From positions 6,262,001 to 6,326,000 of the forward strand of contig NC_090404.1 in assembly GCF_036365525.1 (NCBI RefSeq): a DNA stretch of 64,000 nucleotides, in the 5' to 3' direction. Numbering within the stretch: the first letter of the stretch is position 1; the number at the start of each line of letters is the position of its first letter. Below, in pieces: positions 36,500 to 49,873 of the stretch. Under the pieces are notes generated by a model. That model worked only from the letters and a program-made list of their open reading frames with translations. It made no database searches and was not told where the DNA came from. Source of the DNA: Heterodontus francisci. Taxonomy: Eukaryota. A program made the position numbers and the translations under genes.

Positions 36500-38300
36500 T
36501 CTCCTCAGCCACCTTCTGTTCCACAGGAGAGAGGGGATGAACACAGAGCTCCAGTTTACAAGGGCGACACCCCAACACAGAGTATATAGGCAGAGGAATA
36601 ACTTTCTGGACATGACATAGGACCAGTACCTCAGGAGGTTCAGACTTTCCTGTTGGGTGGCTGCTGACATTTGAAGCCTCCTGAAAGACGACCTCTTTCC
36701 AATTGGTGCAGGTGAGCACGCATTGCCAGTGACAGTCAAGCTCGCCACAGCCGTGCATTTCTTACCTCAGGTTCCTTTCTGCTGGTGACATCTGTAGAAT
36801 CTCACACCTAGCTTCACACCAGTCATCTCCCAGGTGATGGATGCCATGTTTGCCAGGGCCGCCACTTATGGGCACTTTGTCACTGATGAGGCCAGTCATA
36901 ATGAGAAGCTCCTCGAATTTGCTGCTGTGTTTGGATTCTCACAGGTCCAGCAAGTCATCGATTGCACACATGTGGCAATCAACCTGCACTCAGAACACCT
37001 AGCAGTAGTCATCAACCAAAAGGGATTTGTGTCAATGCTCTGTTGGTGCGCAACCATCATCATGCATATCTGTGCAAGGTACCCAGGAAGCTGTCATGAT
37101 GCCTTCATCCAGTACCAATCACGTCTACGAAAGATATTTGCACCCCCAAGCAGAGTCAGCGGCTGCCTCCTTGGAGACAGTGGAATATAATGTGGGAAAA
37201 TGTGATCTCGTCCACTTTTGCAGGACGAATAGCAAAGCGGTATATTATTTAAATGAAGAGATTGCAGAATGGAGAGATTGCAAAACTCTGCAGTACAGAG
37301 GGATCTGGGCGTCCTGGTACATGATTCACAAAAAGATAGTATGCAGGTACAGCAAGTGATTAGGAAGGCAAATGAATCATAGAATCATGGAAAAGTTATG
37401 GCACAGAAGGAGGCCATTCAGCCCATGGAATGTTGTTGTTTATTGCAAGGGAATGGATTATAAAGGTAGGGAAGTTTTGCTACAGTTGTACAGGGGTTTG
37501 GTGAGACCACACCTGGAGTAGTGCATACAGTTTTGGTCTCTTTACTTAAGAAAGGTTAGAATTGCATTCGAAGCAGTTCAGCAAAGGTTCACTCCACTGA
37601 TTCCTGGGATGAAGGGTTTAAAATATGATGAAATATTGGGTAGTGGGGCTGTATCCATTGGAGATTAGAAGAATGAGAGGTGATCTTATTGAAACATACA
37701 AGTTCCTGAGGGGACTTAACAGGGTGGATGCTGAAAGGATGGGAGAGACTAGAACTAGAGGCCACAGTTTGAAAATAAGAGGTCTCCCATTTAAGATGGA
37801 GATGAGATATTTTTTCTCTCAGAAGATTGTTAGCCCGTTGAATTCTCTTCCCCAGAGAGCAGTGGAGGCGAGGTCATTGAATATTTTTAAGGCTGAGTTA
37901 GATAGATTCTTGATTAGCAAGGGAGTCAAAGGTTATAGTGGGCAGACAGGAAAGTAGAGTCCGGGCCACATTAGATCAGGCATGATCTTATCAAATGGCG
38001 GAGCAGGTTCGAGGGGCCGAATGGCCGTCTTGTGCTCCTAATTCGTATGTTTGTACGCATGTACCCGTTGATGGACGTGGCTGATGACACCTGCGAGGAA
38101 CCCGACCAATGATGCCCAGGAAAAGTACAACCCAAACCGCATGAACACAAGAGTTGTAATTGAGCAAACCATTGGGATATTGAAGATGTGATTCAGGACC
38201 CTGGACAGATCTGGGGAAGCCCTTCAGTATGCACCAGCAAGTGTTTCCAAAATGCCAGACTGGCACAACATTGGGCAGCAGCAATGTTTGGAATTCCATG
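36500..38300 (+). mobile_element. PIF/Harbinger transposase relic split by a CR1 insertion (~37180-38060)
   Basis: VIDCTHVAI..NQKGF..ARYPGSCHDAFI..LLGDSG, continuing after the CR1 as YPL..WLMTP..VIEQTIGILKM (DDE_Tnp_4-like). Confidence 0.8.
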
Positions 38301-38319
38301 TGCTGTGGATAAAGGAAAA

Positions 38320-41300
38320 TTGGTGGATGCATTGTACTTAGATTTCTGAAGGCATTTGATAAGGTGCCACATCAAAGGTTATTGCAGAAAATAAAAGCTC
38401 ATGGTGTAGGGGGCAACATATTGGCGTGGATAGAAGATTGCTTAGATAACAGGAAACAGACAGTCAGCATAAATGGGTCATTTTCTGGTTGACACGGTGT
38501 AACGGGTGGTGTGCCATAGGGACCTGTGCTGGGGCCTTAACTTTTTACAATTTATATAAATGACTTAGATGAGGGACCGAAGATATGGTTGCTAAATTTG
38601 CTGATGACACAAAAATAGGTAGGAAAGTAAGTTGTGAAGAGGACATAAGAAGGCTACAAAGTGAGTGGGCAAAGACCTGGCAAATGAAGTATAATGTGGG
38701 AAAGTGGGAAATTGTCCATTTTGGCAGGAAGAATAAAAAAGCGGCACATTATCTAAATGGTGAGGAATTTCTGAGCTCTGAGATGCAGAGGGTCTTGGAT
38801 GTCCTCGTACATGAATCGCAAAAGGTTAGTATGTAGGTACAGCATCTAATTAGTAAACCTAATAGAATGTTATCATTTATCACAAGGAGAATTGAATGCA
38901 AAAGTAGGGAGGTTATGCTTCAGTTATACAGGGCACTGGTGAGACCACATCTGGAGTACTGTGTACAGTACTGGTCTCCTTATTTAAGGAAGGATGTGAA
39001 TGTGTTGGAGGCAGTACAGGGAAGGTTTACTAGACTAATACCTGGAATGGGCAGGCTGTTTTACAAGGAAAGATTGGACAGGTTAGGTTTGTATCCGCTG
39101 GAATTTAGAAGAGTAAGAGGTGACTTGATTGAAACATATAAGGTCCTGAGGGTTCTTGACAGGGTGGATGAGGAAAGAATGTTTCCCCTTGTGGGAGAAT
39201 CTAGAACTAGGGGTCACTGTTTAAAAATAAGGGTCACCCAGTTAAGACAGAGATTTGGAGAATTTTTTCACAGAGGGTTGTGAGTCTTTGGAATGCTCTT
39301 TCTCAAAAGGCGGTGGAAGCAGAGTCTTTGAATATTTTTAAGGCAGAGGTAGATAGATTCTTGATAAGCAAGGGGGTGGAAGGTTATTGGGGGTAGGTGG
39401 AAATGTGGAGTTATCAGTTCAGCCATAAACTCATTGAATGGTGCAGCAGGTTCGAAAGGCCGAGTGGCCTACTCCTGCTCCTAATTCTTGTGTTCGCAGT
39501 GAAGTAATAACTGCGGTGATAAAAAATAGAAACCGTCTAGTGTAATATAAACAGAACAAAAGAACATAAGAAATAGGAGCAGGAGTAGGCCATTCGACCC
39601 CTCAAGTCTACCCCGCCATTCAATAACATCATGGCTGATCTGTCCCAGACCTCAACTCCTCTTTCGTGCCAGCTCCTCATAACCCTCAGCTCCCCGATAT
39701 TTCAACAAAACTATCTACCTCCTTTCAGTGATCCAGCCTCCACAACTCTCCGTGGTGGAGAATTCCAGACATTCACTACCCTCTGAGAGAAGAAATTCTT
39801 TTGCATCTCAGTTTTAAATTAGTGTCCCCTTATTCTGTAACTGCGTCCCCTAGTTCGAGAATCCCTCATTAGTGGAAACATCTTCTCAGCATCTACCCTG
39901 TCAAGGCCCCTCAGAATCTTGTAGTTTCAATAAGATCACTCCTCATTCTTCTAAACTCTAACGAATAAAGGCCTAACCTGTTTAGCCGTTCTTGATAAGT
40001 CAACCCCTTCATCCCAGGAATCAGCCGAGTGAATCTCTTTTGAACTGCCTCCAATGCCAGTATATCCTTTCTTAAATACGGGGACCAAAATTATACACAG
40101 TACTCTGGGTATGGCCTCACCAACACCCTGTACAGTTGTAACAAGACTTCCCTATTTTTAAACTCCAACCCCCTAGCAAGAAAGGCCAAAATTCCATGTG
40201 CCTTCTTAATTACTCGCTGCACCTGCATGCTAACTTTTTGTGTTTCATGTACAAGAACACCCAGATCCCTCTGTGCTGCACTTTTTTGGCGTCTCCGTTT
40301 AAATAATAGTCTGCCTTTTGATTCTTACTGCCAAAGTGCATGACCTCACACTTAATTACATTCAACTCCATCTGCCAAGTTTTTGCCCACTCACTCAACC
40401 TATCTATATCCCCTTGCAGATTCCTTATCTCCTCATCACAACATGCCCTCCCACCTATTTTTGTATCGTCAGCAAATTTGGATATATTACACTCTGCCCC
40501 CCTCTGCCAAGTCATCAATATAGATAGTAAATAATTGAAACCCTAGTACTGATCCTTGTGACACTCCACTCGTTACGTCTTTCCAACCTGAAAAAGACCC
40601 ATTATTCCCGACTCTCGGTCTTCTGTGTATTAACCAATCCTCAATCCATGCTAATACATTACCCCCAATAGTGTGAGCTCCTATCTTGTGCAATAATGTT
40701 TTATGTGGCACCTTATTGGATGCCTTCTGGAAATCTAAATACACTACATCTACTGGTTCCCCTTTATCAACTCTGTTTGTTATATCCTCAAAGAACCCCA
40801 GCAAATTTGTCAAACATAATTTCCTTTTCACAAAACCATGTTGACTCTGTTTGATTACGTTAAGCTTTTCTAAATGTCCTGCTATTTCTTTCTTAATAAT
40901 GGACTCTAGCATTTTCATAGAACATAGAACAGTACAACACAGTACAGGCCCTTCGGCCCACGATGTTGTGCCGAACCTTTCTATTCTAAGATCAAACTAA
41001 CTACCTACCCTTCATTCTACTATCATCCATGTACCTATCCAAGAGTCGCTTAAATGTCCCTAATGTATCTGCTTCTACTACCACCGCTGGCAGCGCATTC
41101 CACGCACCTACCACTCTCTGTGTAAAGAACCTACCTCTGACATCTCCCCGAAACCTTCCTCCAATCACCTTAAAATTATGCCCCCTGGTGATAGCCCTTT
41201 CCACCCTGGGAAAAAGTCTCTGGCTATCCACTCTATTTATGCCTCTTTTCCCGATGACCGATGATAGGCTGACTGGTCTATAGTTTCTTGCTTTTTGTCT

Positions 41301-43045
41301 CCCTCCCTTCTTGAATAGGTGCATCACATTAGCGGTTTTCCAAGCACTGAACCTTCTGGAATCCAGTGTGTTCTGGAATATTTCCACCAACGCCTCCACT
41401 ATCGCTGTAGCCACTTCCTTTAAAACCCTTGGATGCAGGCCATCAGGTCCTGGCGACTTGTCAGCCTTTAGTCTCATTAGTTGATCAAACACTTTGTCCC
41501 TCGTGATAGACACTGTTACAAGATCTGTCCTCCCATTAGCTGTTTGCTTATCTGGTATCTGTGGGATGTATATAGTGTTCACCACCGTGAAAACTGATGC
41601 AAAATATTGGTTTAAATTATCTGCCATTTCCCTGTTTCCGGTTATTATTTGCCCAGTCGCATCCTCCAAGTGTCCCACGCTCACTTCAGCTACTCACATT
41701 TTTATATACCTGTAGAAGCTCTTGTTGTTTGTTTTTATATTTCTTGACAATTTACTTTCATAATCAATTTTCTCCCTCTTTATTAGCTTTTGGTCATCCG
41801 CTGCTGGTTCCTGAAAAATTCCCAATCCTCTGGCCTGCCACTAGTTTTCTAAACTTTGTATGTCTTAGTTTTTGATTGGATACTCTCGTTGACCGTCTTT
41901 GTTAACCACAGGTGGTTAATCCTTCTCATTGAGTCCTTCTTTTTGACCGGGATAAATTTTTGCTGAGCGTTATGAAATATCTGCCACTGCTCATCCACTG
42001 ACCTTCCCCTTAGTCTATTTTCCCAGCCTGCTTTGGACAACTCTTTCTTCATACCTCTGTAATTACCCTTGTATAAGTTGAGGACACTGGTTTGAGACCC
42101 GAGTTGCTCGCCCTCAAACTTAATTTAAAATTCTACCATGTTGTGATCGCTACCCCCTAGAGGATCCTTAACTATGATATCTCTTATTAATCCTACCTCA
42201 TTACACATTACTAGATCTAAAATAGCCTGCTCCCTGGTAAGTTCTGCAACGTATTGCTCCAAGAAACAATCCCTGATGCATTCTGCAAATTCATCTTCCA
42301 TGTTACCTCTGCCAATCTGATTTGTCCAGTCAATATGCAGGTTAAAATCACCCATGACAATTGTAGCGCCCTTCTTATTTGCCTTCGTTATTTCCCTATT
42401 TATACTTTGTCCGATATTGGGGCAACTCTTCGGGGGCCTATAGACGACTCCCACCCGTGACCTCTTCCCCTTGCTATTCCTTATTTCCACCTAAACTGAT
42501 TCTGCATCACAATCCAATGCACCTACCTCACTACTCACCACCTCACAGATACCTTCCTTCATTAACAAAGCTACCCCACCTCCTTTTCCTTTTTGCCTAT
42601 TTTTCCAGAACGTCGAATACCCTTGAATATTGAGTTCACAGTCTTGGTCACCCTACAACCATGTCTCTGTAATAGCTATCAAGTCATACTCATTGATTTC
42701 TATTTATGCTGTCAACTCATCTGTCTTGTTACAAATGCTGCGTGCATTCAGATAAAGAGCCTTAAGCTTTGCCTTTTTGCCATTATTACTCATTTTGGTT
42801 CTAATTTCTGCTGCACTCTTCTGCTTATATTTTCTGCCCCTTCCTGTCACACTTTGATTACTGTTTGCCTCTTCACTACCGTGCACCTCTGCTCTCTAGT
42901 TTCTTTTTGACGTTTTGAACTTCGCTTCAATTGAACCCTTCCCCCAACCCCCACTAATTAGTTCAAAGTCCTATCTATAACCCTACGATTTGCCAGGACA
43001 ATGATCCCAGCATGGTTCAAATGGAGCCCATCCCTCCTTCCCCAG
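38320..43045. mobile_element. CR1 LINE fragments: + copy 38320-39500; - copy 39560-43045 with a nested CR1 3' piece at ~40917-41247
   Basis: APE (YLNARSI, VVYRPP, MGDFN, SDHN) and RT motifs in the ORF track; (AGAACAT)n tails. Confidence 0.88.
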
Positions 43046-43049
43046 TATA

Positions 43050-43685
43050 GAGGCATAGCCTAGTGTAATAATAACTGGGATAGGGCCCAAAGTGATGTAA
43101 GAGTGATATAAGGTCTCGTGTACATTGCACATCAAATGGAATGGCAAGAGTGTGAGGCACCTCGCGTTCTGTATCGAAAGAAACGGATCTTTTTAGCACT
43201 TTCTGAAATGCCCACTATGAATTGTTTTGTAAAGCACCTTTGAAAAAAATCTTATGAATAAAATCTATTTTTGGAAAAAAGAGAAAAGGTCTAGTGTCAT
43301 ATAAACAGAGGTGTGACCTAGTCCACTAATAACAAAGACAGTTCTTAACGTAACATAAACAGAGGCAGGTTCTGGTGCAGTAATGACTGAGACAGGGCCT
43401 GGTGTAAACTATACAAAGAAATGGTCGCATGCAGTAAATAAAGAGACAGGGGTCTGGCGTAATATAAACAGAGGCATGGCCTAATGCAGTAATCTGTGAG
43501 ACAGGGCCCAGTGTAAGAAGCAGCAACATATTCAATTGCAGTATAACTGAGACTGGCATTAGTGCAATATAAACCGAAGCATTGGCTAGTTGAGAAATAA
43601 TTGACACAGGGCCAAGTGGAAATTAAACAGAGATCATGTATAATGCAATAGTAACTGAGACCAATCGAAGGGTGAAATATAACTC
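43050..43685. repeat. Degenerate 27-bp minisatellite (same family as 63700-64000, opposite orientation)
   Basis: Recurring TAGTG(T/C)AATATAAACAGAGGCA; a unit also lies near 39535, left of the intervening CR1. Confidence 0.7.
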
Positions 43686-44539
43686 GGCAAAATATACTTC
43701 TTACGGTGCGAATGGATTTCACATTTCTCGCCAGATTATCTGAAATCGGATTGTGAGAGTATTTACAGAATGGATGTTAGAATTTGTCAAAGTGACCGGA
43801 ATCAGTAGTTTTTCATCGAGAGACCATCGAATTTGACAGGGTTAGGCTGGAGAATCCGCTCCTCCGAGAAAAGGCGAACTCACCAATTTAACGCGAGTGG
43901 TTTCCAGGAGCAAAGTAAGATTTGAAACAACGGAGTTTCTGATAGACAAGTCCTAGTCCAGCTGATGGATGAAGTTATCTCCCGGAACCTTAGTTTAGCA
44001 GCTTGTCGAATCTGGCAGAGATCAGCGTTTCCAAGCAATGCTGCAGGGTGATTCCTGCGGATGTGCTGCCATCTGGTGGAATACATAATAATTTCTTCTC
44101 GCCAATGTTCCTTCAATTCGGAGAACTGTTGTTTCCGAGATCCCCTTGTAGGGCATTCAGAAGGAAACTATACCAAACCGTTATGGTAATTAAATAATTC
44201 TATTTGGTACAAGAGAAATCAGAGTTAACAAATCAGATTGCTAAGAATCTTACCAGCTATGGAAATACATACAATAGAAAGGATATTATCTGTTCCCACT
44301 GGGAGAACCGTTGATCTGATAAACTGACCAGTGCAATGAATAGCCCAGTCCTTCTTTTGTACCTGTAAGAGTTATGGAGCACCACCTTTCCTAAAGGAGA
44401 ACCACGACCACTGTCATGATTTATATCCTTGACAATGTCCTTGATGTTCCCTCATTGTCTCAAGCTCATACATTTCAATTTGTTTGAGATTTTATGTGCT
44501 GTATCTTTTAAGTCTTAGTGAAGTCTTGTTTAAATGACG

Positions 44540-46080
44540 ATGTGTCATTGTGTTCTGCTCCCGCCCCGAACTTCTCTCACCTTTACATGGTCCATCTCCG
44601 CCACTTCCCTTCCTCGACTTCTCTGTCTCCATCGCTGGCGATAGGCTGTCAACCAATAGTCATTATATTCCAATATTCACTAATATTCACCGACTTCCAC
44701 AGCTACCTCGACTACACTTCTTCACACTCTGCCTCCTGTAAGGACTCCATTCCACTCTCCCAGTTTCTCCGTCTACGATGCATCTGTTCTGATGATGCAA
44801 CCTTCCATGACAGCACTTCTGATATGTCTTCCTTTTTCCTCAACCAAGGATCCCTCCCCCCTCCCCCCCCCCCTCCACTATGGTTGACAGGGCCCTCAAC
44901 CGTGTCCGGCCCATTTCCCGCACCTCTACCCTCACCCCTTCCCCTCCCTCCCAGAACCGCGACAGGGTTCCTCTTGTCCTCACTTTCCATCCCATCAGAC
45001 TCCATATCCAAAGGATCATCCTCTGCTATTTCTGCCACCTCCAGCGTGATGCACTACCAAACGCATCTTCCCCTCCCCCTGTCAGCATTCCGAAGGGATC
45101 ATTCCCTCCGCGACACCCTGGTCCACTCCTCCATTATCCCCACCACCTCGTCCCCTTGCCACGGCACCTTCCCCTGCAATCGCAGGAGGTGTAATACCTG
45201 CCCATTTACCTCCTCTCTCCTCACTATCCAAGGCCCCAAACATTCTTATCTGATGACGTATGCTTGTACTTCTTTCAATGTAGTATACTGTATTCGCTGC
45301 TCACAATGCAGTCTCCTCTATACTGGGGAGACCAAACGCAGACTGGGTGACTGCTTTGCGGAACACCTCCGCTCAGTCTGAAAGCATGACCCGGAGCTTC
45401 CTGTCGCTTGCCATTTCAACACCCCACCCCCGCCCCCCGCCCCCCCCCCCCCACCACCCCCCCACCACCTGCTCTCAGGCTCACATCTCTGTCCTGGGAT
45501 TGCTGCAGTGTTCCATTGAACAACAATGCAAGCTCGAGGAACAGCATCTCATTTACCAATTCGGACTGAACATTGAGTTCAATAATCTCACAGCATGGCT
45601 GCCTCCCCCTTTTTTTGTTTTACTTTGTATTTTTTTATGTGTATTTAATTTTATTTTAGTTTGTTTCATCACTTTTTTAAACCATGTGCCTACCCTCTGT
45701 TTGTTTTCATTTTTTTCATGTTTTTGCTTGTTATTCTGTCAGTTATCACCCTCTCTGCACTAACGCTGTGTATTTCACCAGACCATTAACATACTCGTTG
45801 TCTTTGCCTTTGCCCCATGACCTCCTTGTCAGTAATTCTCTGTCACTCTCTATCCTATCAACACCTTCCCATTTGTTCTCTTTTGCCCCACCCCCACTTT
45901 ATTTGCTAAAATCTATTACGTTTCTTACTTTTGCCAATTCTGATGAAAGGTCACTGACCTGAAATTTTAACTTTGCTTCTCTCTCCACAGATGCTGCCAG
46001 ACCTGCTGAGTATTTCCAGCACTTTTTTTGGCTTTATTTCAGATTTCAGTATTTCAGCATCTGAAGGATTTTGCTTTCAT
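44540..46080 (+). mobile_element. Third Penelope-like element fragment
   Basis: YLDYTSSH..KDSIPLSQFLRLR (RT thumb) and VVYCIRCSQC..YTGETKRRLGD (GIY-YIG); frameshifted. Confidence 0.85.
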
Positions 46081-46894
46081 ATCATTGTGTTCTTGTTATT
46101 TATAAATAATGGTAGACACATAAAACCATTAACTCCTCTTGCAAGTTATACCAATCTCTTTAGTGAGTATAAGCGCGCCATTTTCTAGTCTTTGCGCAAT
46201 GCCCTTTTCACGGTTTGCACCTCACTATCGCAACCTTTCTGATACTTTTTCTATTAGCCTTTTGTATACAGTCGGTCTTCTGACCATCTGACCCGGAGCC
46301 CAGAACACACCACACAAGTTCTTACAGATTATTAGTCCATTAATCATTGTTAATCAACTTCTAATCCTGTCCTGAAAACCATCTCTTAGAATCTGATTAT
46401 CTTGTGGATCCTGAGCTTTACAAAAGTCTCTTTAACACTGAGAAATGTTTAATCAAGTTACTTGAATTATCAGGATATTTCCCACCTGACGTGCTTCGAT
46501 CTACATTTGTAGACTGATATTTTAAACCAAACATCATTTGTTCATTTGCAGTGTGTTATATCGGAAGTAGCGGTACACGGATATAACTAGTTTCAGGTCA
46601 CCTGCTGGAGTTTGTATTCTCAATGTGAATGGCGAATTCCCAGAGATACACAAATCAATAGCAGCCAATTCTGCCCTCACACAGTTAATGTGATAATCAG
46701 ACTGAATCAGTGTTCGATGTGAATGGTTTTAGATGGTGTTTATGTGGATTGTGCTCGGGTTCTGCCCGCACAGGAATGTATTCACGTGTCAGTGTGTGAT
46801 CCGCTGTTATAAACAGCCCTCAGCAGACAGCAACTGTGACCCAGAAACCTGCGGCAGTTATTGTACGAGGCTGTAACTCGTTCCCATCACTGTG

Positions 46895-47198
46895 AGACTC
46901 AGTGCACAGTAACAGACCGCGGTGTCAGACAGCCGCAGCTCCGAGATGGTCAATCGGTACAACTTGTCTGACTGCCGGACTGTTACAGAAAACCGGTTCC
47001 GAGCGAAATCTGCCTTAAATTCAAAACCAACGCTCGAGTGCCTCCGGACTGCAAACTCAGGCTGTCTGCCTGGGTATTGGCGGTACCAGAATAAGTAATA
47101 ACCATCTCCAGTATAGATGCAGGTTAAAGTGACATCTTCTCCCTCTGTCAGTGTGAGTGAGGATTCCCGCTGAGTAACAGAATGTCCATCGCTCAGAT
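46895..47198 (-). CDS. TCR alpha/delta V exon, open frame, no intact leader found
   Basis: HSVTQRESSLTLTEGEDVTLTCIY..LFWYRQYPGRQPEF..SDTAVCYCALS; RSS CACAGTG-23-ACAATAACT at 46856-46894; CR1 fragment in the upstream intron. Confidence 0.85.
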
Positions 47199-47979
47199 CT
47201 GGAACACAAGGTTAAAGAAAGTGCAAATTTCATGAATTTAAATAAAATTTAGAAAACTGAAAAGGCCATTCGGCCCAACTGGTCCATACTAGGCTTCACA
47301 CTCCCCAGGAGCATCCACCATCCCTCTTCATCTCACTCTATCAACATATCCTTCCATCCCTTTCTCCCTCATCTCTTTATCCAGCTTCCCCTTAAATGCA
47401 TCTCTGGTATTCACCTCAACCCCTCCTTGTGGTCAGGAGTTCCACATTCTCACCACTGTCTGGGTAAAGACGTTTCTCCTAAATTCCCGACTGGATCTTT
47501 TGGTGACTCTTATATTTTTATTCTATAGACTTGAAATTCTCCAGAATTTGAAACATCTTCTTCACATCTATCCTATCGAACACTTGCAATAATGTTTAAT
47601 ACATCTGTCAGGTTACGCTAGTGTAATTTTTACCAGAGAAAAGAGACCCAGCCTGTGCAATGCGTTCTGATGGATATTTCTCATTTCCGGTATCATTCTT
47701 GTAAATCGTTTTTGCATTTTCTCCTCTGCCCCTATATCCTTGTTGTAATATGGAGACGAGAACTGATCACAATAACCCAAGTGTGATCTAACCAAGGTTC
47801 GGTACAAGTTTAAAATGAACTCTCTTTTCAAATTTAATCCTCTGGAAATTAATCCCTTTCAAAGTGTTGCATTTCTTATCGGGAACGGTGAACCGCCTTG
47901 GTGCTGGTCCAGAATTCGAGGTACTTTTTGTGCCTGAAAAACCTGCAGAGCATCGAACAGGAAAAAGAGGATGCTGGTC

Positions 47980-48054
47980 TGATGTCACTTCCTGCAGGGA
48001 ATCAAATAGAAAAAGTTGAGAGAATTGGCTCTGACCAGTCTGATGTCACTTCCT
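47980..48054 (-). promoter_or_regulatory. Duplicated Ets+CRE decamer (AGGAAGTGACATCA x2) with CCAAT, likely V promoter
   Basis: TGATGTCACTTCCT at 47980 and 48041; matches the TCR V promoter decamer AGTGAYRTCA. Confidence 0.6.
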
Positions 48055-48680
48055 TAATCACAAGTATGCGTTTCTTTTCCAGAGAACTGAGACATTAACA
48101 TCGCCTTCTACTGACCGGAGAGAAAGACCAATAAAATAGCAATCTGGATGATAAATTGTTCTGGGAGACAGTTTGATTTTTAACTGAACTGACAGAAAGT
48201 TTGGTTTCTAATTGATTTGAGAGACAGCTTGATATGTAATTGAACTGAGAGACAATTTGATCTCTAAGTGATCTATGCAACAGCTTTTTACTTGCCATGA
48301 GTGAAGTCACCTCAAAGCAACAAAGACAGGTTTTGAATGTCAATGAAGATGTTCAGTTTATTTCACTCACTGTCACGTATCACACTGAGCTGGTTGACGC
48401 GGGTGGGGTGTGCGTGTGGGGGTGGTGGGTACTGGCTCGGCTTTCAGTTGGCCTCTTAAACCTGCGCGGGTTTCTCCTGGTCATCCCTCATCATAGAATG
48501 AATGAAATCTACAATCTGTACTCAGAGCTGTTGGGATCTGTCCTGCGGGAATATTCTATCCGAGCAGTATTTGTCCAATTCAGACATTCACACGGCTGGT
48601 AGTCCGGACACACATTGTTCTATTTACACACAGTTTGCTGCAGTTTTATTTTCTGTTGGTCACAGAATTGTGCAGCTGTG

Positions 48681-48980
48681 GGTTTCAGAGCACAGTAATA
48701 CACGGTGCTGTCTGACAGCTCCGCCCCACAAACTCTCAGCTGAACCGTGCTCTCCTCTGTGCTCAGCTCTGCTGTTAAACGGTGCACGGCGAAGTCGGCC
48801 GAGAACATGATTTATTTGGTGATAAGCAACACGTTTCCCCGAGCCCGATGGGGAATGTCCCGGCAACAGAAAAGAACAGCGACAGTATCCGATGCTGTAA
48901 AATTAAACTCAGTGTCACCGTTTCTCCTTCCCGCACAATCTCCTCTTTTCTCTCCTACTCTATTTGTTGCAGTCACTTGA
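48681..48980 (-). pseudogene. TCR V pseudogene
   Basis: VREGETVTLS..frameshift and stop..ADFA..LSDSTVYYCALKP; degenerate RSS CACAGCT-23-AATAAAACT. Confidence 0.8.
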
Positions 48981-49315
48981 TAAGTGAGCAGTAGCAGTTT
49001 ATTCAGAGGCAAATAGAGATGGAACCATCGCCATTTCCGCTCCATCAGCTCCCAGTGCAGCTGAGCGGCGCCGCGCACTTTCTGTCCTTACACAGAGTTT
49101 TCAATTCACTCCATTCGTTTCTGCGGTGTCTCCGCCCACCGCTTCCGTTTGCTGTTCTCCCTCTGACCCGCCTTGCCTGCCCTGTGTTACTGGAGAGATT
49201 GCTGCGGCTGTTCCCTGTTTGGTATTGGTTGGATCAGTAGTGCAGTGAGGCGGGGATCTGTATTTCTGCTCGGACAGAGCTCCTGCACTGCGGAGTTACA
49301 GACTCAGGGAGTATC

Positions 49316-49361
49316 ATGTGGAACCGCCTCGCACCGCTCCTCATCATTATATCACTTCTCA
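49316..49361 (+). pseudogene. Orphan promoter plus leader exon, paralog of the 30700-30895 segment
   Basis: MWNRLAPLLIIISLL plus A|GTAAAT; upstream ~150 bp aligns with ~30700-30850; no + strand V exon follows. Confidence 0.75.
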
Positions 49362-49873
49362 GTAAATATTCTCAACTGGTACAGTCAGCACTCCGGGATT
49401 CCGCCACAGTTTAGGACCTGAGTCTCACAGCCTCACAGTTCAGAGGAGAATTAATGTTCTGAAGGTTTTTCCTCTATGGTCTATGAAGATGTTACTGAAT
49501 GCAACCCCTCCTTTCAGTTCATTTCCAGCCAACTGAAGCGCCAGGTCTGATTGAGATTCTGATACAGAATGGGGACGAGTTTGATATTTATTTCACTAAG
49601 GTTAAAATTGAAGGTCACCGGGAATTAAATAGAGATTTGGAGACCGGTCCAAACGGCCATCTAATTGTGAAATTAACTTTAATATTACTGCATTTTATTC
49701 CTGTGCTGTACTGTTAGTTCGACAGCTGTTGATTTGGCTGCTTTTACACTAACACTATCCTGTGATAAACACTGATATTCCGCCTTTCACTCCACTCTGC
49801 CCGCTATGCCGTTCACCTGACCACATCGAGGCAGTGTTTTTGTACGAGGCTCCCTCTGGTTCCTGTCACTGTG

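Noticed and set aside
43700-44500. Possible missing V exon for the 35179 leader (contains a WYK codon run)
   Set aside because: No Cys framework, YYC motif or RSS in the frames I read
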